A stretch of DNA of 64,000 nt, from positions 1,280,001 through 1,344,000 of the forward strand of contig CAVZVA010000010.1 in assembly GCA_963778655.1 (NCBI GenBank), read 5' to 3'. The stretch's first letter is position 1. Each line of letters starts with the position of its first letter. The stretch comes from an uncultured delta proteobacterium. Its GTDB lineage: Bacteria > Myxococcota_A > Polyangia > Polyangiales > JAFGIB01. The notes beneath the pieces were generated by a model that worked only from the letters and a program-made list of their open reading frames with translations, did not search any database and was not told the origin of the DNA. The position numbers and the translations under genes are program-made. This document shows, one piece after another, positions 27,983-38,999 of this stretch.

Positions 27983-29310
27983 GGCCGCTCGATCCCCAGC
28001 GCGCGCCGCAGTGCGTCCACCGCGTCGAGCGCCGCTTGCAGGCGCGGGCTGCTCATGTCCACGACCTGCGCCACGGCCGGCAGCTGATCGGCCGCGCACT
28101 GCAGCCCGACCGCGAAGCGGGTGTCGATCGCGCCTTGGTTCAGCGAGTCGAACGACTTCGCCAGCATGGCGTCGTCCTTGGCCTTGCTCAGGTCGTCGCC
28201 GACCGAGAACAGGCGCTCACCGCGCTCCGCGAGCATCAGCACGCGCGGCAGCCGCAGCGCGAGGTTGTCGACCGCGACGATATAACGCGCTTGCGCCATC
28301 GCATCCTTGGGCATGGGGGCGGGGAAGACGTCGATCGAGGCGGTGCCCGGACGGCAGGCGAGCTCCAGCGTGGCGCCGACCTTGGCCGCGAGCATGCACT
28401 CAGCGCGGCCGTCGGCGGGGATCGGCTCGCCGTTGCAGCGGCCGTCGCAGGGCACGGCTTCGCCGGTGGCGGGCACCACGCACTGGACGCTCAGGCCGTC
28501 GCTGCAGCCACCGCCCGGGTTGTCCACGGCGCAGCTGCCCTCGCAGCTTCCGTCGCATGCCGCTGGGTCGGGCTCCGGCAACGCGCACTGGCCGCTGCAG
28601 GTGCCGTCGCACGGGCCCTGGCAACTGCCGTCGGCGGCGAGCTCGACGCAGGTGCCGTCGCAGCTTCCCAGGCAATCGCCGGCGCACACGGCTTTTGACA
28701 CGGCCGTGGTGCAGGTGCCGCTGCACAGGCCGTCGCAGCGCCCGGAGCTCGGTTGGGTGCAGCGCAGGTCGGCGCCGCTGGGGCAGCTGGTCTCGCCGGG
28801 CGGGAGCTCGCAGCTGCCGGCGCAGCGCATCACGGCCTGGTCGCGCGCTAGGTCCTTGTCGCAAGCGGCCTGCGCGTCGAGCAGGGCCGAGGCATCGACG
28901 CTGCAGTCGGGCAGCCCCGCGTGCACGCGCAGCGGGCCCGCCGCCATCATGTCGGTCAGCGTGCCGAGGCCCGCGCCGACGTCCCCGCTGATGCCGAAGT
29001 CGGCCGCGATCGCGGCCAGCTCGCCCTCGAGCGAGGCGGCCACGGCGTCGCTGTCCTGCGCGAACCCGGTGACGGCCGCGAAGAACGCGTCGGGCGCGGT
29101 CACCCCGGAGATGACCGCGTTGCCGTCCTGCAGACCGTGCTCGGGGCAGGCGAAACCGCACAGGTCGGCGATGTCTTGCTGCGGTCCCTGCAAGGCCGCG
29201 GCCCGGACCTGCACGGCTTGAGGCGGCGCGGCCTGACACCCGAGGGTCAGCCAGCCCGCTGAAAATGCGAGCAGCAGGGATCCGAGCCTCGCCTGCCTAC
29301 GGAAGCACAT
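27979..29310 (-). CDS. Cys-rich lipoprotein, paralog A
   Basis: Lipobox LTLGC; same architecture as paralog B; ATGA overlap with paralog B; start uncertain. Confidence 0.8.
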   Translation of the reverse strand: MCFRRQARLGSLLLAFSAGWLTLGCQAAPPQAVQVRAAALQGPQQDIADLCGFACPEHGLQDGNAVISGVTAPDAFFAAVTGFAQDSDAVAASLEGELAAIAADFGISGDVGAGLGTLTDMMAAGPLRVHAGLPDCSVDASALLDAQAACDKDLARDQAVMRCAGSCELPPGETSCPSGADLRCTQPSSGRCDGLCSGTCTTAVSKAVCAGDCLGSCDGTCVELAADGSCQGPCDGTCSGQCALPEPDPAACDGSCEGSCAVDNPGGGCSDGLSVQCVVPATGEAVPCDGRCNGEPIPADGRAECMLAAKVGATLELACRPGTASIDVFPAPMPKDAMAQARYIVAVDNLALRLPRVLMLAERGERLFSVGDDLSKAKDDAMLAKSFDSLNQGAIDTRFAVGLQCAADQLPAVAQVVDMSSPRLQAALDAVDALRRALGIERP

Positions 29311-29699
29311 AAGCCACGCCTGGGGACCAAACCGGCGGCAGCATAGATCAAAGCCGGCGAGAGGCACACCTCGCATCGGCGGGGCGGCGCACGGGCCCCT
29401 CCCGAGCCTCGTGTCTCCGGCGTCCCACGCGCGAGCAGTCCGCCTGACCGCGGCCAGGGTGGTGCACTACCGCAGGCATGCGCGGCTGGTCCTCGTCGTA
29501 TTCGATCGGCCGTGTGGCCGCCTCGAAGCACAACCACGCCGCCGCCACAGACAGCGCCGCGGCCGTCCAAAAGCCGGCGCTGCGCGAATTGAGCCAGCCA
29601 GATAGGGAGCGACCAATCGTCATCGTCTGTGGGCGGAGCCGCCCCTGGCGATCGCGAAGGGACACGAGCTGGGCGGCACCGCCCGCGCGCGAGTCATCG

Positions 29700-30075
29700 T
29701 CAATCCAGGGCGCCCCCATGCGTAGCGAGCCAGCTCATCCCCAGGCCCGTGGCCAGATCGATCGCGCGAGCCTCGAGGTCTCGACCGAGCTCGGTGCCAT
29801 CGTCGTCGACCATCGTTTCGAGCACGTTCTTCGCCGCTGCGCGCTAGCGCCTCCGCGCTGACCCAAGTCGCCGGGGAACGGTCGCGCTGGAGCAGCTCGT
29901 CAGCGACCGCGAGCAGGGCTGCAATGTCGTCGGGACCGTTGAGCCCGTAGAGCCGCGCGTGCAGCGCCTCGAGTAGCGCGGCGTCCTCGCCCAGCTCGCG
30001 CGCAAGCGCGAGGGCATTTTCGCTGAGCTCTTTGCTGCGCTGCATGTCCAGGACGTAAGGCGGCACCCACGAAAA
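29700..30075 (-). pseudogene. Remnant of a TPR-like helical tail, as in large ATPase/regulator proteins
   Basis: VPPYVLDMQRSKELSENALALARELG..ALLEALHARLYGLNGPDDI, then in another frame RAIDLATGLGMSWL-stop; no intact start. Confidence 0.4.
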
Positions 30076-30343
30076 CCCGCTCGACACGAGCACGACAGGC
30101 GACCCATTGAAGACGCAGTTCCTCGCGGCGACAGCCGCGTGGCTGCGCTGGCAGCTCGCCGGCGATCGAACCATGAAATCGCTGTTCGTCGGTCCGAGCT
30201 GTGGGTACTGCACACAGACCTCGCTGTGGAAGGTCCAACAGAAGAACCTGTAGCGAATCGCGACGACCGCGCTGCTCGGCCCCACCTGCGCTGCCGCAGG
30301 TGCGGGGCGGAGCTGCCGGCGAGGCCAAACGCGCCGCCGCTTC

Positions 30344-31879
<1,536 letters not shown>

Positions 31880-32095
31880 GGTGTCCCGCTCCAGCCCCGT
31901 ACCCCAGGGCTTGCGGGGCTAGCCTAGCACGGCCGGGCGCGCGGCCGCACGTCCCCGGCGGCGGGGGGCCGCGGCGCGCCGGCGCTCACGCCCCGCAGGT
32001 TTCGAGCGCAACTCGGCGCCGCGGCAAGCCGCCAAACGCAAGAAAGCACGGCGCTTCCCGGCTTTGACCCTTGCGCCGGAGCGCAGCCGCGCCGC

Positions 32096-33577
32096 TCATT
32101 CCTTGTCGAGCTTGCCGACTAGCGAGAGCGTGAAGTCCGCGCCCATGTACTTGAAGTGCGGCCGAACCGAGAGGCTGCAGCGGTACCATCCCGGTTGCCC
32201 CTCGACGTCTTCGACCTTGACCGAAGCCTCGCGCAGCGGGCGCCGCGAGCGTACCGACGGAGCGGGGTTGTCCATTTCGACCACGTACTGGCTGATCCAC
32301 TTGTTGAGCTCGCGCTCGAGATCGCCGCGCTCCTTCCAGGTGCCGATCTGCTCGCGCTGCAGCACCTTCAGGTAGTGCGCCAGGCGTGTGATGATGAACA
32401 TGTACGGCATCTGCGTGCCGAGCCTGAAGTTGGTCTCCGCGCGCTTGCCCTCGGGCGTGTTGCCGAACAGTTTGGGCTTCTGCGCCGAGTTGGCCGAGAA
32501 GAAGCACGCGTTGTCGCTGTCCTTGCGATAGACCAGCGAGATGAAGCCCTGGTCGGAGAGCTCGAACTCCTGGCGCTCGGTGAGCTGCACCTCGGTCGGG
32601 ATCTTGGTCTGCGTCTCACCCATCGCCTCGTACTGGTGCAGCGGCAGGTTCTCCACCGCGCCGCCCGCCTGCGGGCCGATGATGTTGGGGCACCAGCGGT
32701 ACTTGGCGAAGCTCTCGTTGACGCGCGCGGCGAAAGCGAACGAGCTCGAGCCCCACAGGTACGAGTCGTGCTCGCCGGTGACCTCTTCCTGGAAGTTGAA
32801 GCTCTTGACCGGGATGGTCTGCTCGCCGTAGGGCAGCCGCAGCAAGAAGCGAGGCAGCGTCAGCCCCACGTAGCGCGCGTCCTCGCTCTCGCGGAAGGAG
32901 CGCCACTTGGCGTAGCGCGGGCCTTCGAAGATCGGTTGGAACTCCTTGATCTTCGACAGCTCGGGGTAGCTCTCCTCGCCGAAGAAGGTCGGCCCCGCGT
33001 TGGCGATGAAGGGCGCGTGCGCCATGGCCGCCACCGCGGCGCAGCTTTGCAGCAGCTCGAGATCCTGCGGGCCGATGCCGAAGTCGTAGTTCGAGACCAT
33101 CATCCCGTACGGCTGTCCGCCGAAGGTGCCGTATTCGGCCGAGTACGCGATGCGATACAGGCCTGACTTCACGACCTCGGGCGAGTCCTCGAAGTCCTCC
33201 TGCAGCGCGGACTTGGAGCAGTTGAGCACCTCGATGCGGGTGTTCTCGCGGAAGTCGGTGTTGTCGACCAGGTACTTCAACCCGCGCCACGCCGACTCCA
33301 GCTTCTGGACCTCGGGGTTGTGCAGGATCTGGTTGATCTGGTCCGACATACGCTTGTCGATCTCGGCGATCATCGAGTCGACCACGGCCTTGTCGATCTT
33401 GGCGCCCTTGTGGGTCGGGCCCAGCATTTCCTTGATGAAGGCCTCGACGCCCTTCTTGGCGACGGCGTACGAGTCCTCTTCGGGGCTGATCTTCGCTTCG
33501 GCGAGGATCTCGTCCAGCAGGTCGCCTTCCTTGGCGACTGCGGCGGCCTCGCCGCCTTGCGTCTTTTCGCTGCTCAT
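32096..33577 (-). CDS. tssC: T6SS sheath large subunit
   Basis: LESAWRGL, EYGTFGGQPYG, AHAPFI, LPRFLLRLPYG, PHFKYMGADFTLSLVGKL. Confidence 0.98.
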   Translation of the reverse strand: MSSEKTQGGEAAAVAKEGDLLDEILAEAKISPEEDSYAVAKKGVEAFIKEMLGPTHKGAKIDKAVVDSMIAEIDKRMSDQINQILHNPEVQKLESAWRGLKYLVDNTDFRENTRIEVLNCSKSALQEDFEDSPEVVKSGLYRIAYSAEYGTFGGQPYGMMVSNYDFGIGPQDLELLQSCAAVAAMAHAPFIANAGPTFFGEESYPELSKIKEFQPIFEGPRYAKWRSFRESEDARYVGLTLPRFLLRLPYGEQTIPVKSFNFQEEVTGEHDSYLWGSSSFAFAARVNESFAKYRWCPNIIGPQAGGAVENLPLHQYEAMGETQTKIPTEVQLTERQEFELSDQGFISLVYRKDSDNACFFSANSAQKPKLFGNTPEGKRAETNFRLGTQMPYMFIITRLAHYLKVLQREQIGTWKERGDLERELNKWISQYVVEMDNPAPSVRSRRPLREASVKVEDVEGQPGWYRCSLSVRPHFKYMGADFTLSLVGKLDKE

Positions 33578-33615
33578 CCTGTGCCTCGAGTCATTGGGAA
33601 ACGGGTTGTGTCAGC

Positions 33616-34113
33616 TCACTCTTTTTTGTCGCCCGACAGCCCGAGCTCGGCGATTAGCTTCTGGCGCGCGTCTTCGTCGCCGAGCAACGTCTCGAGCTTC
33701 TTGCGGAAGTCGCGGCGCGAGCTCATCGGCCCCTTGAGCGCGGTCAGCGCGTCGCGCAGGTCGAGCAGCGTTTGCAGCTCCGGCACCTGGGCGACGATGC
33801 CCTCGGGCTCGAAATCCTTGAGCGACTTGAACTCCAGCTTGACCGCGATCTCCGCGCCCTCCTGGCCCGAGAGCGCGTCGGGCACCTGGGCGGTGATACC
33901 GAGCTTGTGCTCGCGCAGCACGTCGGTGAAGTTGTCCTTGTTGATGTTGATCGGCTTGCGATCCTCGAGCGGCGTGTCGTCCGGGCGCCCGGTGTAATCG
34001 CCGATGGCCAGCACCTTGAGCGGCAGCTCGGTCTCGGCCTGCGCGTCTCCGGTCGCCGACTTGTAGGTGATGTTTACACGCTCTTTGGGTGCGACCGTTG
34101 CGTCCTTCGCCAT
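33616..34113 (-). CDS. tssB: T6SS sheath small subunit
   Basis: VAPKERVNITY, ELPLKVLAIGDYTG, DFEPEGIVAQVPEL..LL.LR.AL. Confidence 0.97.
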   Translation of the reverse strand: MAKDATVAPKERVNITYKSATGDAQAETELPLKVLAIGDYTGRPDDTPLEDRKPININKDNFTDVLREHKLGITAQVPDALSGQEGAEIAVKLEFKSLKDFEPEGIVAQVPELQTLLDLRDALTALKGPMSSRRDFRKKLETLLGDEDARQKLIAELGLSGDKKE

Positions 34114-34178
34114 AACCCCTCCAACAGGATCCGTTGTTCTCGTGCGGGTGGTTCGGGTTGCGTGCGCCTTGCCACGCC

Positions 34179-36503
34179 TTACTGGCTCGTCTCGAGGGCC
34201 CGGCGCGGGTCCACCCGACACAGCCGAGCGTATACCAGGGGAACCCGCTGAGCCATTTCCGGGCCGCCGCCCCCCCGATTTAGGCAGGTTAGGTAGCTGG
34301 CCAGACAGTCGGCCGCAAGCTCCGGCTCCCATTCGCACAGGCCGCGCTGCTCGATTTCGTCGTACAGCGTGGCAAACAGGCCCGCCGCGAGCTGGGCGTC
34401 CCCACCGGTCAGCACCGCGTTGGCCAGCGCCAGCCGCACCATGAAGCGCTCGCGGGCCGTGCGCACGCCGCGCAGGATCTCCTCGAACGCCGCCACCGCC
34501 TGGGGCTTCTTGCCGGCCAGAGCGAGCGCGCGCGCCGCGGCCAGCGCCTCGGCCGGCAGCTCGGATGGCGCGGCCCCGCCCTTGGCCTCGCCCGGGCCGC
34601 CGCCGCCACGCAGGATTTCGCTGCGGATCAGCTCGCGCGTGTCGGCATCCGCGAATGGCGTGCCGTTGCTGAAGCACAGCTCGAGCACGCCCGGCAGCCG
34701 GCGCAGCAGCGCCCCGAGCTCGGCCTCCACCACGCGCCGGCAGCCGTCGTAGTCGCCGCCCAGCCGGGCCAGCGCCACGTGTACGAAGCGGTGCATGTCC
34801 AGAAACAGAGGATTGCTGGTGGCGCTGCCCTCGGCCGCGTCGAGCAGCGCCTCCCAGCGCTGCTCGACGAACAGGCCGCGGATCTCGCCGGTCTCGCCCG
34901 CGTCCGGGGCCGGGATGAAGGTCACCCGGTCGCGGCTCGGCGGCTCCTCGTCGAGCTCGAGCGCGGCTCCGAGCCGTGGCAGCAAGTACGAAAGCGGCTC
35001 CTTGGGGTTGGCCTTGCGCAGCGCCTTGCCAGCGTCCGCCAGCGCGCCGTGGACCGTGGCCAGGTAGCGATTGAGCTCGCCGCGGTTCGCGATCGACGGC
35101 GCCTCGCCCGAGGGCAGCGCCACGCTGGTGGCCGCATCCGTCGCCGGGGCGGCGCCCGCCGGCTTCGCCTCGGTGGCCTGTTTGGCGGCGGGCCGGGCCG
35201 CCTTGCGTTCGGCTGCGGCGGCCCGCTCCTGCTGCGAGGCGCGCAGCCGCTCGACCTGCTCGAGCAACGGCTGCACCGCCGGGCGGTGCGCGTCTTCGAA
35301 GCGCTCGCCGACCTGATCGGCCAGCCACTGCGCCGCGGCCGCGAGCGGCTCGAGCGCGGCCGCGTCCTGCTTGGCGAGCGTGCGCTCGCTCAGCGCCGAA
35401 AGCCGCCCCAGCAACCAGCCGAGCGCCGCCGCGCGGGCTTTCTGGCTACGCGCCATGTCGGGGAACAGCCCTTCCCAGTAGCGCTCCAGCAGCGCCGCCA
35501 GCAGCGCCAGCCCCGAAGCGAGCCCCGCCAGGCCCTGCTCCTGGTACAGGCCGTAGGCCGCGTAGGCCGCGGGCAGCAGGTCCTTACTGCGCTGGGTCAG
35601 GAGCGTGCGGCTCTTGTCCACGACCTTTTTCCACGCGACCGGATGGCCGGTGGGCGTGTCGAGCTGCTTGATGGTCGCGCGCAGCTCCTCGTGCAGCGGG
35701 TCGTAGCGCGCGTCCTTGCCGGTCGGCGCCTCGGCCGAGACCGGCTCGAGCCAGTCGAGCACCGGCTCGAGCGCGCGCGCGCGCAAGATCTCGGAGCCAT
35801 CCGGCGCGGGGGCGGCCTCGGCCGCCTCGGGTGCGGCCTCGGCGGGCTGCTCGGCGGCGTGGGTCGGGGCTGCGGCCCCGTTGGTCGGCGCCTCGGCTGC
35901 AGCCGCCGCAGCGCTCGGACCGGCGCCTGCCGCCGCCGCCGTGCCCGGCGTTGCGCTGCGTGCCTGTTGCAGCGCCGCCTGCAGCGGGGTGAGCGCCGGG
36001 GAGGCCTGGTCGAAGCGCGCCTGCACCAGCTCCGAGAGCCGCGCGGTGGCCGCGTCGAGCTCGTCCAGCAAGGCCGCCTCCGTTTCCTGCACGCCCGAGA
36101 GCGCGAGCCGCGTGCCGGCGCGCTCCGCGAACCACGCGATCGCGCCCGCGCGCGCCTTCAGGCGCTGCGGCGGCGGAAACAGCCCTTCCCATGCCTGCTC
36201 CAGCAGCTCGCACAGCGCGGTCACGCCGGCCAGCAGCCCGTGCAGCGACTCGGCTTCGTACAGCGCGTGCGCCGCGTAGGCCGCGATCAGCAAGTCCTTG
36301 CTGCGCGCGGCCAGCAGCGCCTCGCCCTCGCGCAGCACCTTGGCCCAGTCGACCTCGCCGCCGCCGGGCGCGTCGAGCTTGGCCACCTCGGCGCGCACCG
36401 CCTCGTGCTCGGGGTCGTAGCGCGCGTCGGTGCCGAACGGCGACGGCCCCGGCACCGGTTGCAGCCAGCTCTGCACCCGCAGCCGCGCCTGCTCGAGGCT
36501 CAT
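34179..36503 (-). CDS. tssA: T6SS TssA with two ImpA_N domains and a VasJ-type C-terminal domain
   Basis: Two G.DARYDP.HE...W.KV...SKDLL.AAY...W..LFP repeats; C-terminal LPGVLELCFSNGTPFAD, WEPELA. Confidence 0.9.
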   Translation of the reverse strand: MSLEQARLRVQSWLQPVPGPSPFGTDARYDPEHEAVRAEVAKLDAPGGGEVDWAKVLREGEALLAARSKDLLIAAYAAHALYEAESLHGLLAGVTALCELLEQAWEGLFPPPQRLKARAGAIAWFAERAGTRLALSGVQETEAALLDELDAATARLSELVQARFDQASPALTPLQAALQQARSATPGTAAAAGAGPSAAAAAAEAPTNGAAAPTHAAEQPAEAAPEAAEAAPAPDGSEILRARALEPVLDWLEPVSAEAPTGKDARYDPLHEELRATIKQLDTPTGHPVAWKKVVDKSRTLLTQRSKDLLPAAYAAYGLYQEQGLAGLASGLALLAALLERYWEGLFPDMARSQKARAAALGWLLGRLSALSERTLAKQDAAALEPLAAAAQWLADQVGERFEDAHRPAVQPLLEQVERLRASQQERAAAAERKAARPAAKQATEAKPAGAAPATDAATSVALPSGEAPSIANRGELNRYLATVHGALADAGKALRKANPKEPLSYLLPRLGAALELDEEPPSRDRVTFIPAPDAGETGEIRGLFVEQRWEALLDAAEGSATSNPLFLDMHRFVHVALARLGGDYDGCRRVVEAELGALLRRLPGVLELCFSNGTPFADADTRELIRSEILRGGGGPGEAKGGAAPSELPAEALAAARALALAGKKPQAVAAFEEILRGVRTARERFMVRLALANAVLTGGDAQLAAGLFATLYDEIEQRGLCEWEPELAADCLASYLTCLNRGGGGPEMAQRVPLVYARLCRVDPRRALETSQ

Positions 36504-37348
36504 GGCGGCTCCTCGCGCGCGGGCGTGGCCGCGGCATTGCCGCGCAGAAAGTCCCGGGCCGTGCGCGCCATGAAGCGGCCGATCGGATCGAGCAGCCACC
36601 ACGGCAGCATGCTCAGCCAGCCGAGCACGTAGGCATCGGGGCCGTAGCGCACCATGCCGCGGTTGCGCCGCACCGCGCGCACCGCCTTGCGCGCGAGCCC
36701 CTCGGGCGGCGGCGAGCGCCCCACCATCGGCTCCATGTCGACGTGCTCCAGGCCCACGCCCGGCGCGCGGTAGATGCCGGTCTTGACCACGCCCGGACAC
36801 AACACGGTCACGCCCACGCCGCTGCTGGCCAGCTCCCAGCGCAGCTGCTGGCTGAAGGCGACCACCGCGTGCTTGCTGGTCCCGTACGAGCTCATGCCCG
36901 GCATCGGCAGCAGGCCGGCCGCCGAGGCGGTGTTGATCAGATGGCCTTCGCCCTGGCTTACGAAATGCGCGCCGAACACGCGCGAGCCGTGGATCACGCC
37001 CCACAGGTTGGTGTCGAGCACGCGCCGCCACTGCTCGGTGGGCGAGTCGAGCATGGAGGCGGCGTGGAACACGCCGGCGTTGTTGACCATCAGGTGACAG
37101 CCGCCCAGCGCGGACAGCGTCTGCTGCAGCAGCAGCTCGATCTGCGACAGCTCGCGCACGTCGGTGGGCACGCACAGGGTGCGGCGACCCAGCGCCTCGA
37201 TGCTCTGCGCGGTGACCTGGGCCGCGGCGGGGTCGAAGTCGGCCAGCGCCACGTGCATGCCGGCGTGCGCCAGCTCGAGCGCGAGGGCGCGACCGATGCC
37301 GCCCCCCGCACCGGTCACCACCGCCACCCGATCCTGCAGGACCCGCAT
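36500..37348 (-). CDS. SDR family oxidoreductase
   Basis: TGAGGGIG, NNAG, NTAS, YGTSK, CPG.V.T. Confidence 0.95.
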   Translation of the reverse strand: MRVLQDRVAVVTGAGGGIGRALALELAHAGMHVALADFDPAAAQVTAQSIEALGRRTLCVPTDVRELSQIELLLQQTLSALGGCHLMVNNAGVFHAASMLDSPTEQWRRVLDTNLWGVIHGSRVFGAHFVSQGEGHLINTASAAGLLPMPGMSSYGTSKHAVVAFSQQLRWELASSGVGVTVLCPGVVKTGIYRAPGVGLEHVDMEPMVGRSPPPEGLARKAVRAVRRNRGMVRYGPDAYVLGWLSMLPWWLLDPIGRFMARTARDFLRGNAAATPAREEPP

Positions 37349-37523
37349 CTCCCTCGCCTTATATCATCTGTGTCCGGCCCGCGGCGGCGCTGCGAGCGAC
37401 CGGACCCGGGGAAATCGAGGAAAAATTGTGCGCGCTTGGATTCGAAGCCGAGCCTTGTTACAGATTCCAGGTTCGGAGCGCGGGCTGGCAGTCGGCCCGA
37501 GCTTGCGCGTCGAATCGAGCGTG

Positions 37524-38999
37524 GTGGCGGCACAACGAATCGCGATCATCGGGGCCGGAATCGGCGGTCTCGCCAGCGCGCTTGCGCTCGAGCGCAGCGG
37601 CCACGAGATCGTGATCGTCGAGCGCGATCCCGAGCCGCCCGCGATCGCGCCCGAGGAGGCGTTCGAGCACTGGCCGCGGCCGGGCGTGCCGCAGTTCCGC
37701 CACGCCCACATCCTGCTCTCGCGCGTGCAGACGCTGCTGCGCGACCACCACCCGGAGGTGCTGCAGGAGATGCTGCAAGCCGGGCTCGAGCTGTCCACGC
37801 TGCAGGAGCTGCTGCCGCCGACGCAGCGCGATGGCTTCAAGACCGAGCCGGGCGACGAGGACCTGCGTCACCTGTGGGGCCGGCGGGCGACCTTCGAGTA
37901 CGTGCTGCGCCGGCACGTGGGCCAGCTGCCCAACGTGCGCTTCATCCACGGCGCGCGCGTCACGGGCTTGCTGACCGAGGCCGACGCGCGGCAGGTGCGC
38001 GTGCGCGGGCTCGAGCTCACGCAGGGCGACAAGCCCGAGAGCTTGCAGGCCGACATCGTGGTCGACGCCTCGGGCAAGCACAGCAAGGCGCCGCAGTGGT
38101 TGCAGGAAATGGGCGTGCAGATCGCCACCGACAGCCGGCCCTCGGGTTTCGTGTATTCCTGCAGACACTACCGGCTCAAGGATCCGCAGGCGGCTCTGCC
38201 GCGCCTCGACGGCGGCGGCAATCTCGACTATCTCGGCTACGCCACGTTCTACGCGGAGCACGGCCACTACGCGCTGACGCTGGGTTGCCCGGTGGAGGAA
38301 CAGGAGCTGGTCGAGGCGATGCGCCGCCCGGAGGGCTTCGACGCGGTGTGCGAGCAGCTTCCGGTGTTCAAGCAGTGGACGAGCCAGTCCGAGGTCCGCA
38401 GCAAAGTGCTGGGCGCCGGCCGCTTCGAGAACCGTTGGACGCACTATCGCGGGCGCGGCGGTCCCGAGTTGCTCGGCTTCTTCGCGGTCGGCGACTCGCT
38501 GCTCGAGACCAACCCGATGTACGGGCGCGGCTGCGCGTCGGCGTTCGTGCAGGCGCACGTGCTTTCGGACGTGCTGGCCCAGAGCGAGGACCCGAGCGAG
38601 CGCGCGCGCCGCTACTACACGCGCGCCCACAAGCTGCTGCAGCCGTACTTCAACGTCAGCGTGGACACCGACCACATCTACCGCGCCCGCGCGCGGCTGG
38701 CGCGCGGGGCCGAGGTGCCGCTGCGCAATCGGATCATCATCTACCTGTTCGACGCGGCCTGGCTGCCGGCGATGCGCACCAACCCGCTGGTGGCGCGCGA
38801 GTTCGTCAAGGCGGTGCAGATGCGCGAGATCTCGAGCGTGGGCGTGCGCATCGCGATGGTGCTGCAGATCCTGCGCGCCTTCGTGCGCAGCCTGTTCCGG
38901 CGCGGGGAGCACGCGTTGCCGGCGCTGCAGTTGCCGCGCGCGGAGTTTCTGCGCAGGGTGGCCGCGGCGCGTGGCACATCGGACAGGCCGCCGGCATGA
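37524..38999 (+). CDS. FAD-dependent oxidoreductase (monooxygenase/epoxidase-like)
   Basis: IAIIGAGIGG, RPGVPQFRHAH, VVDASG, VGDS...NPMYGRG. Confidence 0.85.
   Translation: MAAQRIAIIGAGIGGLASALALERSGHEIVIVERDPEPPAIAPEEAFEHWPRPGVPQFRHAHILLSRVQTLLRDHHPEVLQEMLQAGLELSTLQELLPPTQRDGFKTEPGDEDLRHLWGRRATFEYVLRRHVGQLPNVRFIHGARVTGLLTEADARQVRVRGLELTQGDKPESLQADIVVDASGKHSKAPQWLQEMGVQIATDSRPSGFVYSCRHYRLKDPQAALPRLDGGGNLDYLGYATFYAEHGHYALTLGCPVEEQELVEAMRRPEGFDAVCEQLPVFKQWTSQSEVRSKVLGAGRFENRWTHYRGRGGPELLGFFAVGDSLLETNPMYGRGCASAFVQAHVLSDVLAQSEDPSERARRYYTRAHKLLQPYFNVSVDTDHIYRARARLARGAEVPLRNRIIIYLFDAAWLPAMRTNPLVAREFVKAVQMREISSVGVRIAMVLQILRAFVRSLFRRGEHALPALQLPRAEFLRRVAAARGTSDRPPA

Noticed and set aside
29348..29623. 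Small ORF with one hydrophobic segment
   Set aside because: No recognisable family or clear RBS; cannot be supported as a gene
31893..31985. GC-rich inverted repeats between tssC and the kinase as a terminator
   Set aside because: Short stems are expected by chance at this GC content and there is no U-tract
36191..38995. Apparent 1320-aa protein ending in the saccharopine dehydrogenase-like domain
   Set aside because: The N-terminal part is Arg/Ala-rich off-frame sequence overlapping real genes; the true start is 38996
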